Numbered from the stretch's first letter, positions 8,414 to 18,899 are shown. The stretch: DNA of 64,000 nt from a bacterium (GCA_963662285.2 CAXXMV010000006.1:928001-992000), one strand, 5' to 3'. Made by a program: numbers and translations. Notes: generated by a model not told the origin, from the sequence alone.

Positions 8414-11389
8414 ATGTTTGAATGGATGAATAAGCACAAGAAAGACATCATGGCCTACACATTGTGGTTGGTCATACCCTCGTTTATTGTTTTGTATGGT
8501 TATGGGGAGTGCCAAAGCCCTCAGCGCTTTGAATGGGTGGCTAAGGTTAATGGAGAGAAGATCAATGAGATTGTATGGTCTCAATGGTTGAATAATATCC
8601 AGGACCGCTATCGCCAGTATGGCCAGGAAATTGACCAGGATAAACTGCAAGCGCAAGCCTTGGATGCATTGATTACAATGTCGCTCAATAAGCAGAAGGC
8701 CGATAAGTTTGGCATTGCCACTATCGACCAGGAAGTGGCGGAGGCTATTACAGCCTTACCTTATTTCAAAGATAAGGGCGGCAACTTCGATGTTAATATG
8801 TTCCGGGGAATTCTATCGCAATTTGATAAGAATCCCATCCAATTTGAAGAAGAACAGCGCGAACAACTCACTCGAACCAAAGTTCGTTCTTTAATCTCAA
8901 ATTCCATCTTCCCCGCAGCCAGCACCGTTAAACGCACTGAAGAACGGGAAAAGCAGAAGGTCGAGGTTGATTACCTGGTCTTTGAGCCTTCACAGTATGT
9001 TGATGATGTTGCGCCTGATGCAGACCAGATGAAGACTTTCTTCGAGAAAAACGTGGAAGATTATCGCATCTCCGAACAGCGTGATGTCGAATACGCCCGT
9101 TTTTATCCTGCTCAGTTTGTCAGGGAAGCTACTTATACGGAATACCAATTAACTCGCTTCTTTGAAGAGAATCGCGAAAAGTATCGCATTTCTGATTCTG
9201 TCATGGTGGAGTATTTGACCTACCGCACCGCAGATTTCTCTGACAAAGCGGAAGTCGACGAAGCCAAAATCGAGCAGCATTTCGAGGCTCATAAGTCGTC
9301 TTATAATCATCCTGAGCAAGTCAAAATCCGTTATATCGTGCAACCGATGGAAGATTTGCTTGGTACGCAAGACGTCTCAGAAGAAGAGATCAAAAAATTC
9401 TACGACGAGAACATCCAGCGTTATACACATAAAGAACAGGTTGAAGCCAGCCATATTCTTTTGAAAGTGGCGCCCGACGCCAGCGCGGACGATGATGAAG
9501 CGGTCAAAAACCGCATTCTGGAAATCCGTGATGAAATTGCCAAAGGTTTGTCGTTTGAAGATGCGGCTATCAAGTATTCAGAAGGTCCCAGCGCGCCTAA
9601 AGGCGGAGAACTGGGAACATTTGGCCGTGGCCGGATGGTTCCGCCATTCGAGAAAGCGGCTTTTGAATTGCCTCTCGGGCAAGTATCCGAACCGGTAAAA
9701 ACCCGTTTCGGGTATCACCTGATCAAAGTATCTGACCGTAAAGAAGAAGGCATCGATGCGCTGGAAACAGTCAGTGATGACATCGCAAAATTAGTTAAGA
9801 GAAGAAAAGCGATTGATGCGTTCCGTCTGGAGATGGAAGCATTGGATTCGCTTGATTCGCTTGAAGGACGATACGAGATTAAATCCACCGATTGGATTGC
9901 GCGCGGTGGAGACATTGAAGGTTTGACCTCCGGCGAGCGGTCGATGGTGAGTACGGTTGCCTTCAGCGCAAATAAAGAGAAAAAAATATTAGTCGCTGGT
10001 TATCATACCAACGATAACGTTTTTGCCGTTGAGCGTGTAGGACGGATGGAAAAACGGGCCATGACGTTAGAAGAGGCTCGTGAAAAAGTTGTTGAAGAAG
10101 CAAAAGTTGCTGTTGCCGAAGAACTGGCCAAAGCAGCCGCTCAAGCGGATATTGCTCGAATCAAGAGCGCTTCATTGGCGTTGGATGTTATTGCTTCTGA
10201 ACGCAACTTGACTTTGGAAACCACAGATTACTTCAGCAGAGACGCCGCATCGGTTAAAGGTTTCGGCGCCAGGCCTACCGAGTTGATGAGCATCGCCTTC
10301 ACATTGAACGAAGGCGAATCAGGCGGCCCGGTTAAAATATCATCCGGTTATAATATCTTTCGCCTGGTGGCTCGTAATCCTGAACATATTCCAGAGATTA
10401 ATGAAGTTATTCAGGATGTTCAGAGAGATTGTTTGCAGAAGGAATCTGAACAACTGGCTCGTTTGGCTGCACAAAAATTTGGCGATGACCTTTATAACAG
10501 CCAGTCATCAATTGATAAGATTGCGGCTGCGCAAAAAATTGATTGGGGAACAACGGGATTGTTTACCATGCAGGATCCTATTCCCGGCATCGGTCAGCAA
10601 ATGGTATTGAATTATAACGCATTCCAGTTAGAAGGCGTTGGAGAGATTTCCGATCCACTACCAGTCACTCCCCGTCAGTCCTATGGTCAAAATGATAAGC
10701 AGCCCGTGCAGGCTTATTACATTCTACGCTTGACCGAGATCAAGGAATCCTATCTTCCAGAGATGTCCGAAGTGGCAGAGGATGTTGAAAAAGATTACCG
10801 CTTGCTGTTGGCTGAGGACGTTGCTGAAAAACATGCCGCTGAAGCGCTTGATCAGATCAAGCAGAAGATTTCATCTGCATCACCACTATCAGCGACTAAG
10901 GCTGTAGAATTGAAAGAGTTTGAAGATGTTGATAACGCAAAGACTATAGCCAAGGGCGGAAAATATCGCGATTCAACTTCCATCACTGGAAATGGCTACG
11001 TCGCCGGTATTGGCGGCAAACCGTGGTCTTTCACAAAAACCGCACTTGCTTTGAAAGCAGGTCAGGTTTCCGGTCTGGTTAAGTGTTATAGAGATAAAAA
11101 AGATAAAGATGGCGCCCGTGTTCAGGGACCATTGCTGGGCGTGTATATTCTGCAAGTTCTAGGTAAATCCGCTGTGGATGAAACAAGCGCTCCAAGCAAG
11201 GTCAGCGAACAATTGCAGAACAGCTTCAAGTCCATAGCTTTTGACGCCTGGATCGATGAAGTCAGCGCCGAAGCTACTGCCAATATCGAATACAACCGCA
11301 AGTTCTTGTATCCTGAAGAAGATGAAGATGCAGTTGTGGATGAAGAAGGTATGGAAGAAAAAAGTGCATCGGATGCTTCCACTTCTTAA
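8414..11389 (+). CDS. PpiD/SurA-like periplasmic chaperone with parvulin (rotamase) domain, extended
   Basis: PpiD-type N-terminal anchor; ASHILLK...SEGPSAPKGGELG..MVPPFEKAAF..KTRFGYHLIK. Confidence 0.85.
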   Translation: MFEWMNKHKKDIMAYTLWLVIPSFIVLYGYGECQSPQRFEWVAKVNGEKINEIVWSQWLNNIQDRYRQYGQEIDQDKLQAQALDALITMSLNKQKADKFGIATIDQEVAEAITALPYFKDKGGNFDVNMFRGILSQFDKNPIQFEEEQREQLTRTKVRSLISNSIFPAASTVKRTEEREKQKVEVDYLVFEPSQYVDDVAPDADQMKTFFEKNVEDYRISEQRDVEYARFYPAQFVREATYTEYQLTRFFEENREKYRISDSVMVEYLTYRTADFSDKAEVDEAKIEQHFEAHKSSYNHPEQVKIRYIVQPMEDLLGTQDVSEEEIKKFYDENIQRYTHKEQVEASHILLKVAPDASADDDEAVKNRILEIRDEIAKGLSFEDAAIKYSEGPSAPKGGELGTFGRGRMVPPFEKAAFELPLGQVSEPVKTRFGYHLIKVSDRKEEGIDALETVSDDIAKLVKRRKAIDAFRLEMEALDSLDSLEGRYEIKSTDWIARGGDIEGLTSGERSMVSTVAFSANKEKKILVAGYHTNDNVFAVERVGRMEKRAMTLEEAREKVVEEAKVAVAEELAKAAAQADIARIKSASLALDVIASERNLTLETTDYFSRDAASVKGFGARPTELMSIAFTLNEGESGGPVKISSGYNIFRLVARNPEHIPEINEVIQDVQRDCLQKESEQLARLAAQKFGDDLYNSQSSIDKIAAAQKIDWGTTGLFTMQDPIPGIGQQMVLNYNAFQLEGVGEISDPLPVTPRQSYGQNDKQPVQAYYILRLTEIKESYLPEMSEVAEDVEKDYRLLLAEDVAEKHAAEALDQIKQKISSASPLSATKAVELKEFEDVDNAKTIAKGGKYRDSTSITGNGYVAGIGGKPWSFTKTALALKAGQVSGLVKCYRDKKDKDGARVQGPLLGVYILQVLGKSAVDETSAPSKVSEQLQNSFKSIAFDAWIDEVSAEATANIEYNRKFLYPEEDEDAVVDEEGMEEKSASDASTS

Positions 11390-11430
11390 GTAAATCTGGT
11401 TAGTATTATTCATTACAGCATAAAAATTAT

Positions 11431-11466
11431 TTCCCTGTTTGCTTTGGCGGACAGGGAATTTTTTTT
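11431..11466 (+). terminator. Intrinsic terminator
   Basis: TTCCCTGTTTGC...GCGGACAGGGAA hairpin followed by a T-run. Confidence 0.75.
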
Positions 11467-11567
11467 ACGTGCTTTTAGATTCTTATTACTTTGGGAGGGG
11501 CTGTTCCCAAATCTCAAAATAAATACAATATAATATCCATATATCAACGGGAAAGATTAAGACGCTA

Positions 11568-12293
11568 ATGAACGGATTCTTTATCACCGGTACTGATACA
11601 GAAATCGGCAAGACGCTGATAACCGCATTATTGACGCTTGGCCTGAGAAGACGGGGCGTTGATGTTGGTCCGGTAAAGCCTATTGCATCCGGTGGGATTG
11701 AGGTGGATGGCGTATTGGCATCTCCTGATGCGCTGGTATATAAGAAATTTTCAGGGATCGACGAAACGGTTCATAATCTTTGTCCTGTATGCTTCAAACA
11801 TCCCGCCTCGCCTCATCTGGCTGCGGAAATGGAAGGCCAGGTTATTGATCCTCAAATAGCGATTGAAGCGCTGCAAATTTTACATGAGAAATATCAGGCG
11901 CTTATGGTTGAAGGCATCGGCGGATGGCTGGTTCCCATAACCTATGATTATTCGATTGCTGATTTCGCAGTCGACCTGAATATGCCGGTAATTTTAGTAT
12001 CCGCCAATAAGTTAGGGACGCTTAATCATACGTTACTGACCATCGAATCGATTCGTAAAAGGGGATTGAAACTGGCTGGCGTTATCATAACCCATCCCGC
12101 ACCGCCTGCGGATCAGCATATTGCGCTTAATAATATTGAAACAATTGAACGTATTGGAAAAACCAAAATCCTGGGTAATATTCCTTACCTGGGTCAGGAT
12201 ATAGAACAGAAAGAGAACGCGGCTTCATTATGGCCGCAGATTAAGGATGCATTTCAGTGGCAGACAATTCACCAACTACTCAACATTCAATAG
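11568..12293 (+). CDS. bioD: Dethiobiotin synthase
   Basis: FITGTDTEIGKT, VEGIGG, LGTLNHTLLT. Confidence 0.95.
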   Translation: MNGFFITGTDTEIGKTLITALLTLGLRRRGVDVGPVKPIASGGIEVDGVLASPDALVYKKFSGIDETVHNLCPVCFKHPASPHLAAEMEGQVIDPQIAIEALQILHEKYQALMVEGIGGWLVPITYDYSIADFAVDLNMPVILVSANKLGTLNHTLLTIESIRKRGLKLAGVIITHPAPPADQHIALNNIETIERIGKTKILGNIPYLGQDIEQKENAASLWPQIKDAFQWQTIHQLLNIQ

Positions 12294-13639
12294 AAAAAAT
12301 CAAGCAATGGAGAGAATGGGATCAGCAATACGTATGGCATCCATTCACTCAGATGAAAGAATATGCTCAAGAACCGCCGCTTATCATTTCGCATGGTGAG
12401 GGGGCTTATCTTTATGACATCAACGGCGACTGTTATTTCGACGGCAACTCGTCATTATGGGTTAACCTGCACGGCCACGCCCGTGTGGAGATTACCGAAG
12501 CCATTACATCACAAGCGGAGAAGATCGCCCACTCAACCCTGTTGGGTCAGGGTAACATTCCCTCTATCGAGTTCGCCAAACGCTTGATCGATATTGCGCC
12601 GGATGGTTTGGCCAAGGTCTTTTATTCCGACAATGGATCGACCGCCAATGAAGTGGCGCTCAAAATGGCTTTCCAATATTGGCGGCAAAATGACCAGCAT
12701 CAAAAGAGCAAATTCATCACCTTCGATAACGCCTATCATGGCGACACTATCGGCAGCGTCAGCCTGGGCGGAATTAATCTGTTCCACCATATCTTCGGTG
12801 ATTTACTGTTTGAGCGGTACAGCATCCCATACCCGGTTTATTCCAAATATACTGCGACGGAATCTCCTGAGACGGTCGCTCAACCCTCGCTGGATGCCTG
12901 TGAGAAACTGCTCAAAGAACATAGCGGACAGATGGCGGCTTTGATTGTCGAACCGCTGATCCAGGGGGCTTCGGGCATCCGAACGGCGCCTCCAGGCTTC
13001 CATAAGTCTCTGCGTGAATTATGCACCAGGTATGATGTGCTGATGATATGCGATGAAGTATTCGTCGGCTTTGGACGCACCGGAACTATGTTCGCCTGCC
13101 AGCAGGAAAACGTCTCTCCCGATTTCATGTGTCTGGCCAAGGGAATCAGCGGCGGCTATCTGCCATTGGCGGCGACTTTGACCACTCAGCGGGTGTTTGA
13201 TGGCTTCTTAGGCGACTACTCGGAATACAGAACCTTTTTCCACGGCCATAGTTATACCGGAAATCAATTGGGCTGTGCGGCAGCGTTGGCCAGTCTGGAT
13301 ATCTTTGAAAAGGATGATACGCTTAACACTGTCAAGCCGGTGTATGAACATCTGGAGAAACGGCTCGATGCGCTCTATGCATCCAGCGACCATGTCGGCG
13401 ACATTCATCAACGCGGCCCATCGGCTGGCGTGGATATCGTCCGCAGCCGCAGCCGGAATGAAGAGTATGCATTGGAAGAGAAGACCGGCGCCAAACTCTG
13501 CTATGCCTTACGTAGGCATAAAATCTGGCTGCGTCCATTAGGAAACACCCTGGTTATCATCCCGCCGCTGATAACCACCATAAAACAGATCGACTATCTG
13601 ATGGACGCCATAGAAAAATGTTTAGAGGATGTGTTGTGA
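12257..13639 (+). CDS. bioA: Adenosylmethionine-8-amino-7-oxononanoate aminotransferase
   Basis: [58 protein letters not shown]; adjacent to bioD. Confidence 0.95.
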   Translation: MADNSPTTQHSIEKIKQWREWDQQYVWHPFTQMKEYAQEPPLIISHGEGAYLYDINGDCYFDGNSSLWVNLHGHARVEITEAITSQAEKIAHSTLLGQGNIPSIEFAKRLIDIAPDGLAKVFYSDNGSTANEVALKMAFQYWRQNDQHQKSKFITFDNAYHGDTIGSVSLGGINLFHHIFGDLLFERYSIPYPVYSKYTATESPETVAQPSLDACEKLLKEHSGQMAALIVEPLIQGASGIRTAPPGFHKSLRELCTRYDVLMICDEVFVGFGRTGTMFACQQENVSPDFMCLAKGISGGYLPLAATLTTQRVFDGFLGDYSEYRTFFHGHSYTGNQLGCAAALASLDIFEKDDTLNTVKPVYEHLEKRLDALYASSDHVGDIHQRGPSAGVDIVRSRSRNEEYALEEKTGAKLCYALRRHKIWLRPLGNTLVIIPPLITTIKQIDYLMDAIEKCLEDVL

Positions 13640-13725
13640 TTCCTCTCCCAAGATTGGGAGAGGTTAGGTGAGGGTTGATAACGGGCCAATGTCATTAAGT
13701 TAACCGTGTTGTACCCTCTCCCGCC

Positions 13726-14175
13726 GGGCTACTCTCCGTACACAAATCAAAAGAGGAGAATGAAACGGGGAGCATCATAGAATGGGGAGCATCGGCTTCT
13801 AGCCGGTGTGTCAAATAGAATAGAATGAGTCCTATTACGCATAATCATTTCCATGGAGATAGGAGGATGAAAAAGGAATAACCGATTTGTGTTGTGATGC
13901 CGGATCACGTGCACATCCTCCTTACGCTATTGGAAATTCCAAACCTTGGATATCATTCGATCACAACAATACTTCATAGCATTAAAAGTTATTCATCAAT
14001 AGAAGCAAACCAGTTAGGAAGGGATTGGGCTACCGGCTAGAAGCCGATGCTCCCCTTTTTGATGTTCCCCTTTTTGATGCTCTCTGGTTATTGATAGAGT
14101 GTTTTTTTCAGTTGATCAGAGGTAGGCGTGTTGCCACTGCTTCAATTTCACAACAATGTGTACGGAGAGTAGTCC
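13726..14175 (+). mobile_element. MITE with GGGCTACTCTCCGTACACA TIRs carrying a REP-flanked RAYT remnant (copy 1)
   Basis: 19-bp TIR with 1 mismatch, inserted in the loop of a CCCTCTCCC-nnn-GGGAGAGGG hairpin; near-identical inverted copy at 43228-43730. Confidence 0.85.
13882..14040 (+). pseudogene. Internally deleted REP-associated tyrosine transposase (RAYT, Y1 HUH) remnant
   Basis: Translates ICVVMPDHVHILLTLLE...ILHSIKSYSSIEAN (HUH motif); flanked by inverted GGGGAGCATCGGCTTCTAGCCGGT at 13784-13807 and 14032-14055. Confidence 0.8.
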
Positions 14176-14310
14176 GCAGGAAAGGTTAGGGTGAGGGGGA
14201 TGTACAAAACAACTTAAGTTAATAACATTGGATAACGGGCGCCCCCGCAAACGCCATACTGTTAGATAGAGCTGTAAGCAAAATATATCAAAAAAGAGGG
14301 TTATAAAATC

Positions 14311-14697
14311 ATGACAAAACGTTTATTCGCGCCAAAAGACGGACCTGCCCCGGTTGGTCCATATTCACCTGCCGTAGCAGCTAATGGATTCCTGTTTGTA
14401 TCCGGTCAAATTCCTTTGAATCCCGCCACTGGAGAACTGGTGACTGATTCTTTTGAGAATCAGGTTCGACAGACTTTAGATAACTTAAAGAGCGTAGTCG
14501 AATCAGCGGGAATCACGCTGAATGAAGTAGTCAAAGTAACCATTTTTGTGGTTGACCTGGCTAATTTCGGCGAACTAAACCAGATATATGAGGAATACTT
14601 CAGCCAGAGCAAACCAGCCCGCGCCTGCGTCCAGGCCGCCGCTCTGCCCAAGGGAGTAGATGTAGAAATCGAAGCGGTTGCTTATTTGCCTGAGTAA
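14311..14697 (+). CDS. RidA/YjgF family reactive intermediate deaminase
   Basis: PAPVGPYSPA, VSGQIP, PARACVQAAALPKGVDVEIEAVA. Confidence 0.92.
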   Translation: MTKRLFAPKDGPAPVGPYSPAVAANGFLFVSGQIPLNPATGELVTDSFENQVRQTLDNLKSVVESAGITLNEVVKVTIFVVDLANFGELNQIYEEYFSQSKPARACVQAAALPKGVDVEIEAVAYLPE

Positions 14698-14724
14698 TAA
14701 ATTGTTAATAAAAAAGGGGCGTGT

Positions 14725-15228
14725 GGGCGCCAAGGGCAATATCCTTTCTGCCCTTGACTGACAACAATGACGAAAAGTAATCAAACCTATGATCCTATAA
14801 ACGGCGGTTAATTTTGACAATGTAGAAGTAAGTCATTTTCAATCAGCTAGATAAGAGATTATTATTAATTTATCCGCATAACCCGGAAGGTGAAATTACT
14901 ATAGTGGAGATTTGTTTGCGCGAGCGCCTTCTATCAACCCTCACCTAACCTCTCCCAATCTTGGGAGAGGGATGTATAACCAAAGTGTTTTGAATAACTA
15001 AGTCTAAACGATCTAAACGCTTATATCCAAAATCCCTCTCCCCCAAGTTTGGGGGAGAATTCAAGAGGGGGTTGTTTTCTATAACTAGAGATTTTCCAAT
15101 TAACTTTAGAATGATAATCTAACCGCCGTTTTCAGATTCTGTTTTCCGTGTGGATCGTTGGTGGGAATTATTGTTATAAAAAGAAGTGGACTAAATCAAG
15201 GGCAGAAAATACACTGCCCTTGGCACCC
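14725..15228. repeat. Paired inverted REP (family C) element with a nested MITE
   Basis: GGGCGCCAAGGGCA..TGCCCTTGA (14725-14757) and TCAAGGGCAG..CTGCCCTTGGCACCC (15196-15228); homologous pairs at 33078-33334 and 51920-52139. Confidence 0.8.
14795..15135. mobile_element. Putative MITE (TIR CTRWAAACGGCGGTTA) carrying two family-A REPs
   Basis: CTATAAACGGCGGTTA / TAACCGCCGTTTTCAG (14/16 match); flanks ATC/ATT; the homologous site in the 33078-33334 copy is empty (TGATTCTATTTTC). Confidence 0.6.
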
Positions 15229-15366
15229 GACGCTACTTTTCCAAGGGAGTAGATGTAGAAATCGAAGCGGTTGCTTATATACCGGAGTAATTAATCGATT
15301 GGTTAGTCAAACAAAAAAGGGGCGCGAATGTTCGCGCCCCTCAGCATTATAAGTAATAGTGTAAAA

Positions 15367-16440
15367 TCAGAATTTAACTTCAACCGATTTCAGCATTTTA
15401 TCGATGCTGGCTTCATCTTGAGTTATGGGTTCAATCTTCATCAGTTTCCATCGCTCGCGGTGAGAAGTCATGTCGCCCGGTTTTAGTTGGGTTAGAGGAC
15501 CAATCGACTCGACTTCCATCATCTCATTATTGGTGAAAATCTCGACGGAGCAGCCCATGTCGGGATATTCGGCGCCTTCGAAATAATCCAGATTCTTGAC
15601 GAAGAGCATTTCGTCCAGGGCGTAAGCCACCCAATTCTGGGTGTATGATAATCCTAACTTGAACTTAACGCTGTTGTTCTTATCTTGTTTGATGGTGATG
15701 TATTTATTCATCAGTTTCAAACGGGGATCGACCATATCAGTGTAACTCCAGGTCACTAAAGCCCGTTCCGGCAGCCAATGCTCCGGGCCATGCGGGGCGT
15801 ATTTGGGGTTGGGAGAGACGCAAATTCCGCCAGTTTCCATAACAGTCAGCACCCACGGAGCAAGTTTATAAGTTTTTAATCCACAGTTGGTTAGACGATG
15901 CATCAGAGTTATCTCGCCATTCTCCTCCATCGTAATTTCCATTTGCTTGCGAAAGCGGAGTATCTTACGGAATTCAGGATCATTGGCTTTCTTTTCGATA
16001 TCCTCGAAAGACATCGATTTACGCAGTGAATCATCCAGAATCTCGATAGGAGAAGTCAGCAAAAGAGTATTACCATCGATCTTGGCGTCGATTTCGTAAT
16101 TATCCTGATAGTAAGTGATATCGGCGGTTTCCGGTGCGACCCATAAACGATGACCGCCAAAACTATTCCACTCATCTCCGCCCACCACGCCAGCGGTTTC
16201 TTCAGTGATGCATAGCAGATTTTTTCCACCGACAAAACCATAGCGTAGCAAACGGGGACCGATATCAGCCACTGCGATCAGTTCCACTTCACCATTGCTA
16301 ATACGATAACACTTGTCCCATCCTTTGAATGATATCTTTTCAATTTTCACTGTTCCTGCTCCTGAAGGCAATGCCATAATCATTAGTAATACTACGCATA
16401 ACAACATGCCAAGCACGTTACGGATATTAATTCTCTTCAT
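15367..16440 (-). CDS. Secreted galactose-mutarotase-fold (DUF4380-like) protein
   Basis: Signal peptide; DIGPRLL, GGHRLWVAPE, YPDMGCSVEIF, EVESIGPL..L.PG...H.E.W. Confidence 0.65.
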   Translation of the reverse strand: MKRINIRNVLGMLLCVVLLMIMALPSGAGTVKIEKISFKGWDKCYRISNGEVELIAVADIGPRLLRYGFVGGKNLLCITEETAGVVGGDEWNSFGGHRLWVAPETADITYYQDNYEIDAKIDGNTLLLTSPIEILDDSLRKSMSFEDIEKKANDPEFRKILRFRKQMEITMEENGEITLMHRLTNCGLKTYKLAPWVLTVMETGGICVSPNPKYAPHGPEHWLPERALVTWSYTDMVDPRLKLMNKYITIKQDKNNSVKFKLGLSYTQNWVAYALDEMLFVKNLDYFEGAEYPDMGCSVEIFTNNEMMEVESIGPLTQLKPGDMTSHRERWKLMKIEPITQDEASIDKMLKSVEVKF

Positions 16441-16589
16441 AATGAACCTCCTGAGTGATTACATACTATCGCTCATTAAGCGACTTTAGAATTGTCTCAT
16501 ATTTTTTACCAGCTTTCGACTGCCACAGGCTTTTTTGCATTAACTTTTGATTTTTACATGCTTGCTGTTCTCTAATAAAACGCGCTAAG

Positions 16590-18637
16590 ATGTTAAGCAT
16601 CAAAATAATGGGGAAATTCATGCGCTATTTTACTCGTTTAGGTCTATTACTAATCCCGGCTATGGTATTAATATCAGGGTGTTCCAAGAATAAGGATCGT
16701 CCCAATATCCTGCTGTTTACTCTGGATACTTTGCGATCCGATGCAGTCGGCTGCTATGGGAACGCTCAAATCAAAACTCCCAATCTTGATAAATTGGCTC
16801 ATGAAGGCGTAATCTTCCAAGACGCCATGTGCCAGATTCCCGCAACTCTTACTTCTCATACCGCCATAATGACTGGTCGCAATCCCAAAACCACTGGCGT
16901 CCGATTCAGAACTGGACATGTACCCGCTTTTGAAGAGACCCTGGCGGAACGCTTTAAGTCTTGCGGGTATCAGACGGCGGCCTTTATCAGCAGTTCAGTG
17001 TTAGCGCCTGAATATGGTTTGAATCAGGGATTCGACCAATATGAAATGGGAAGGTTAGCAAAGCAAGAAGAGAAATCCAGTTTTGAACGTAAAGCGCAAG
17101 AGACCATTGATCAGGCTATTTCATATATTACTAAAAATAAGAATAATAAGCCTTTTTTTATCTGGGTACACTTATATGATCCCCACAGCGCCCTACTCAG
17201 CGCCAGCGCCTTATTCGACTATGTATGACCCTGAATATCAAGGCTTTATGCGCGGCGGCGTTAAAGAAATTACCCGTCTACATGCATCTAAAGGCAAAGG
17301 CGCGTCATCGCGGGACTTGCGTCATATACGTGCGCTCTATGATGGTGAAGTGGCTTACATGGATCACCAGATCGGGCGTTTGATCGCCGTCTTGCAAGAG
17401 ATGAATATACTCGATAAAACTGTTATAGCAGCTATGGCGGATCATGGAGAAAACCTTGGGGAAAGCGGTCGTTTCTTCCATGGCGACGACCTTTATCAGC
17501 CATCCACTCATATTCCCTTCATCATGCGCTATCCAGAACAAATAATCCAAGGCGCTAAAATAGATCAACTGGTCCAAAGCATCGACCTGTTTCCCACCCT
17601 GATGGAAATAACTGATATCCCTATGATTGCAGGCATCGAAGGAACCTCTCTGCTGCCGTTAATTGCCCCTGAAGCTCAAACTGCGCAGGATATGAAACCG
17701 GGATTTCTCGAAACTGAAACCGATCCATCAGTGAATGGCAATAAACTATACGGGTTTACGGACTGAAACGCATAAATACATTTATAATTCAGCCAAGCGC
17801 CGTTCTGATGTCCCGTTGGGCGTTTTTTGCGAAATTCCTCTAACAGGGCCTTCATTGGTTATGCTGCGCATCAAGGGCGACCCATCGGTTCGCTTGATGG
17901 CGCATATCCGCTATCGCACTAAAGCGCTCTATCAAAGCCGGGATTTTCAGGCGCTGGCTGAGTTGAATACCACAATGGTTCACGCCGAAACGCCGGGAGT
18001 GGAAGCGTTGCAAAAAGAGGCCTTGAAACAGAAGAACTTTCTGCCCACGCCTGATGGCTGGCGTTTGCAAATGACGCCTGATATTTACCGCATCGCCCGT
18101 AATTATGGCATAACCAATGGCTGGCCGGTGGACTGGATGGTTTTAGAGGGAGTCGGCGTTGACGCTTCGTTGCCGTTTAATCAGAAAAGCGGATCATTCA
18201 CTATCGATCAGATCGAACTCTATGCCCCCAAATTGAGTTTTCGTAAATCTCCACGATACCGCAACCCATTCTGGGTGTTGGAGGATTTCGAAGGTAGTTC
18301 ACAAGGACTGCAAGATGCAAGACAGGGCGCCCCTCATTCTCTGAAGACGCAATGGCCGCATGAAGACCTTTTCGTAGGTAGACGTCAGCAAAATATCACC
18401 ATTACTTTCAACGATTCACCCGATGAGATCGATGAGTTATATAACCTTAAATCCGATGCTGCGGAACAGCAAAATCTTGTTAGAACCAAGCCCGTTAGTG
18501 AACCGGATCAGCAAATTATCTTTAATTCACGGTCTCTGTTGGATGCATGGATCAAACGTGAATCCGGTGATATTGACATCATGGAACTTGACTCTTCACA
18601 ACTGGAAGCGCTGGAAGCATTGGGATATACCAAATAA
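16590..18637 (+). pseudogene. Sulfatase-family lipoprotein split by two +1 frameshifts (probably one gene)
   Basis: PNILLFTLDTLRSD, HLYDPH|PY, LYDGEVAYMD, ADHGE, ELYNLKSD, LEALGY are spread over ORFs 16590-17228, 17083-17766 and 17735-18637. Confidence 0.8.
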
Positions 18638-18875
18638 CAATACTAATGATTGATTGCATGTTCTTTTCATTCTTTTGATAACTACTTATTAATAACTACT
18701 TATTAATAACTGCTTAATAATTTTATGTTCAAAATCTCTTCCTGAAAACAAAATATTAAAAAAAATCACTAAGCTAAGCAGTTGATTTAACTTGCCTAAT
18801 GGTAATTATGTGTAAAATTATTTATACGTATATTTGACTTTTGATATTAAACTTACCAATATATAGATATATATA

Positions 18876-18899
18876 AGACTAGATGATATCATCTAGTCT
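18876..18899. promoter_or_regulatory. Perfect 24-bp palindrome just upstream of an RBS
   Basis: AGACTAGATGAT-ATCATCTAGTCT. Confidence 0.55.

Larger units (their letters stand above)
13687..14230 (+). mobile_element. IS4-like MITE with 10-bp TSD, carrying a nested element
   Basis: Ends CAATGTCATTAAGTTAA / TTAAGTTAATAACATTG; perfect direct repeat GATAACGGGC at 13677-13686 and 14231-14240. Confidence 0.85.
13641..14252 (+). repeat. REP-like palindromic repeat (family A) interrupted by a MITE
   Basis: CCTCTCCCAAGATTGGGAGAGGTTAGGTGAGGGTTGATA...CGCAAAC; an uninterrupted reverse-complement copy lies at 14914-14971. Confidence 0.8.

Noticed and set aside
15158-15352. 64-aa ORF
   Set aside because: Composed of a REP and the out-of-frame ridA 3' duplicate.
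16590-18637. Programmed ribosomal frameshifting in the sulfatase or PiT genes
   Set aside because: No heptameric slippery sites with stimulatory structures; multiple shifts per gene fit sequencing error.
18681-18720. TTATTAATA repeats as DnaA boxes
   Set aside because: Three mismatches from TTATCCACA in a very AT-rich context.
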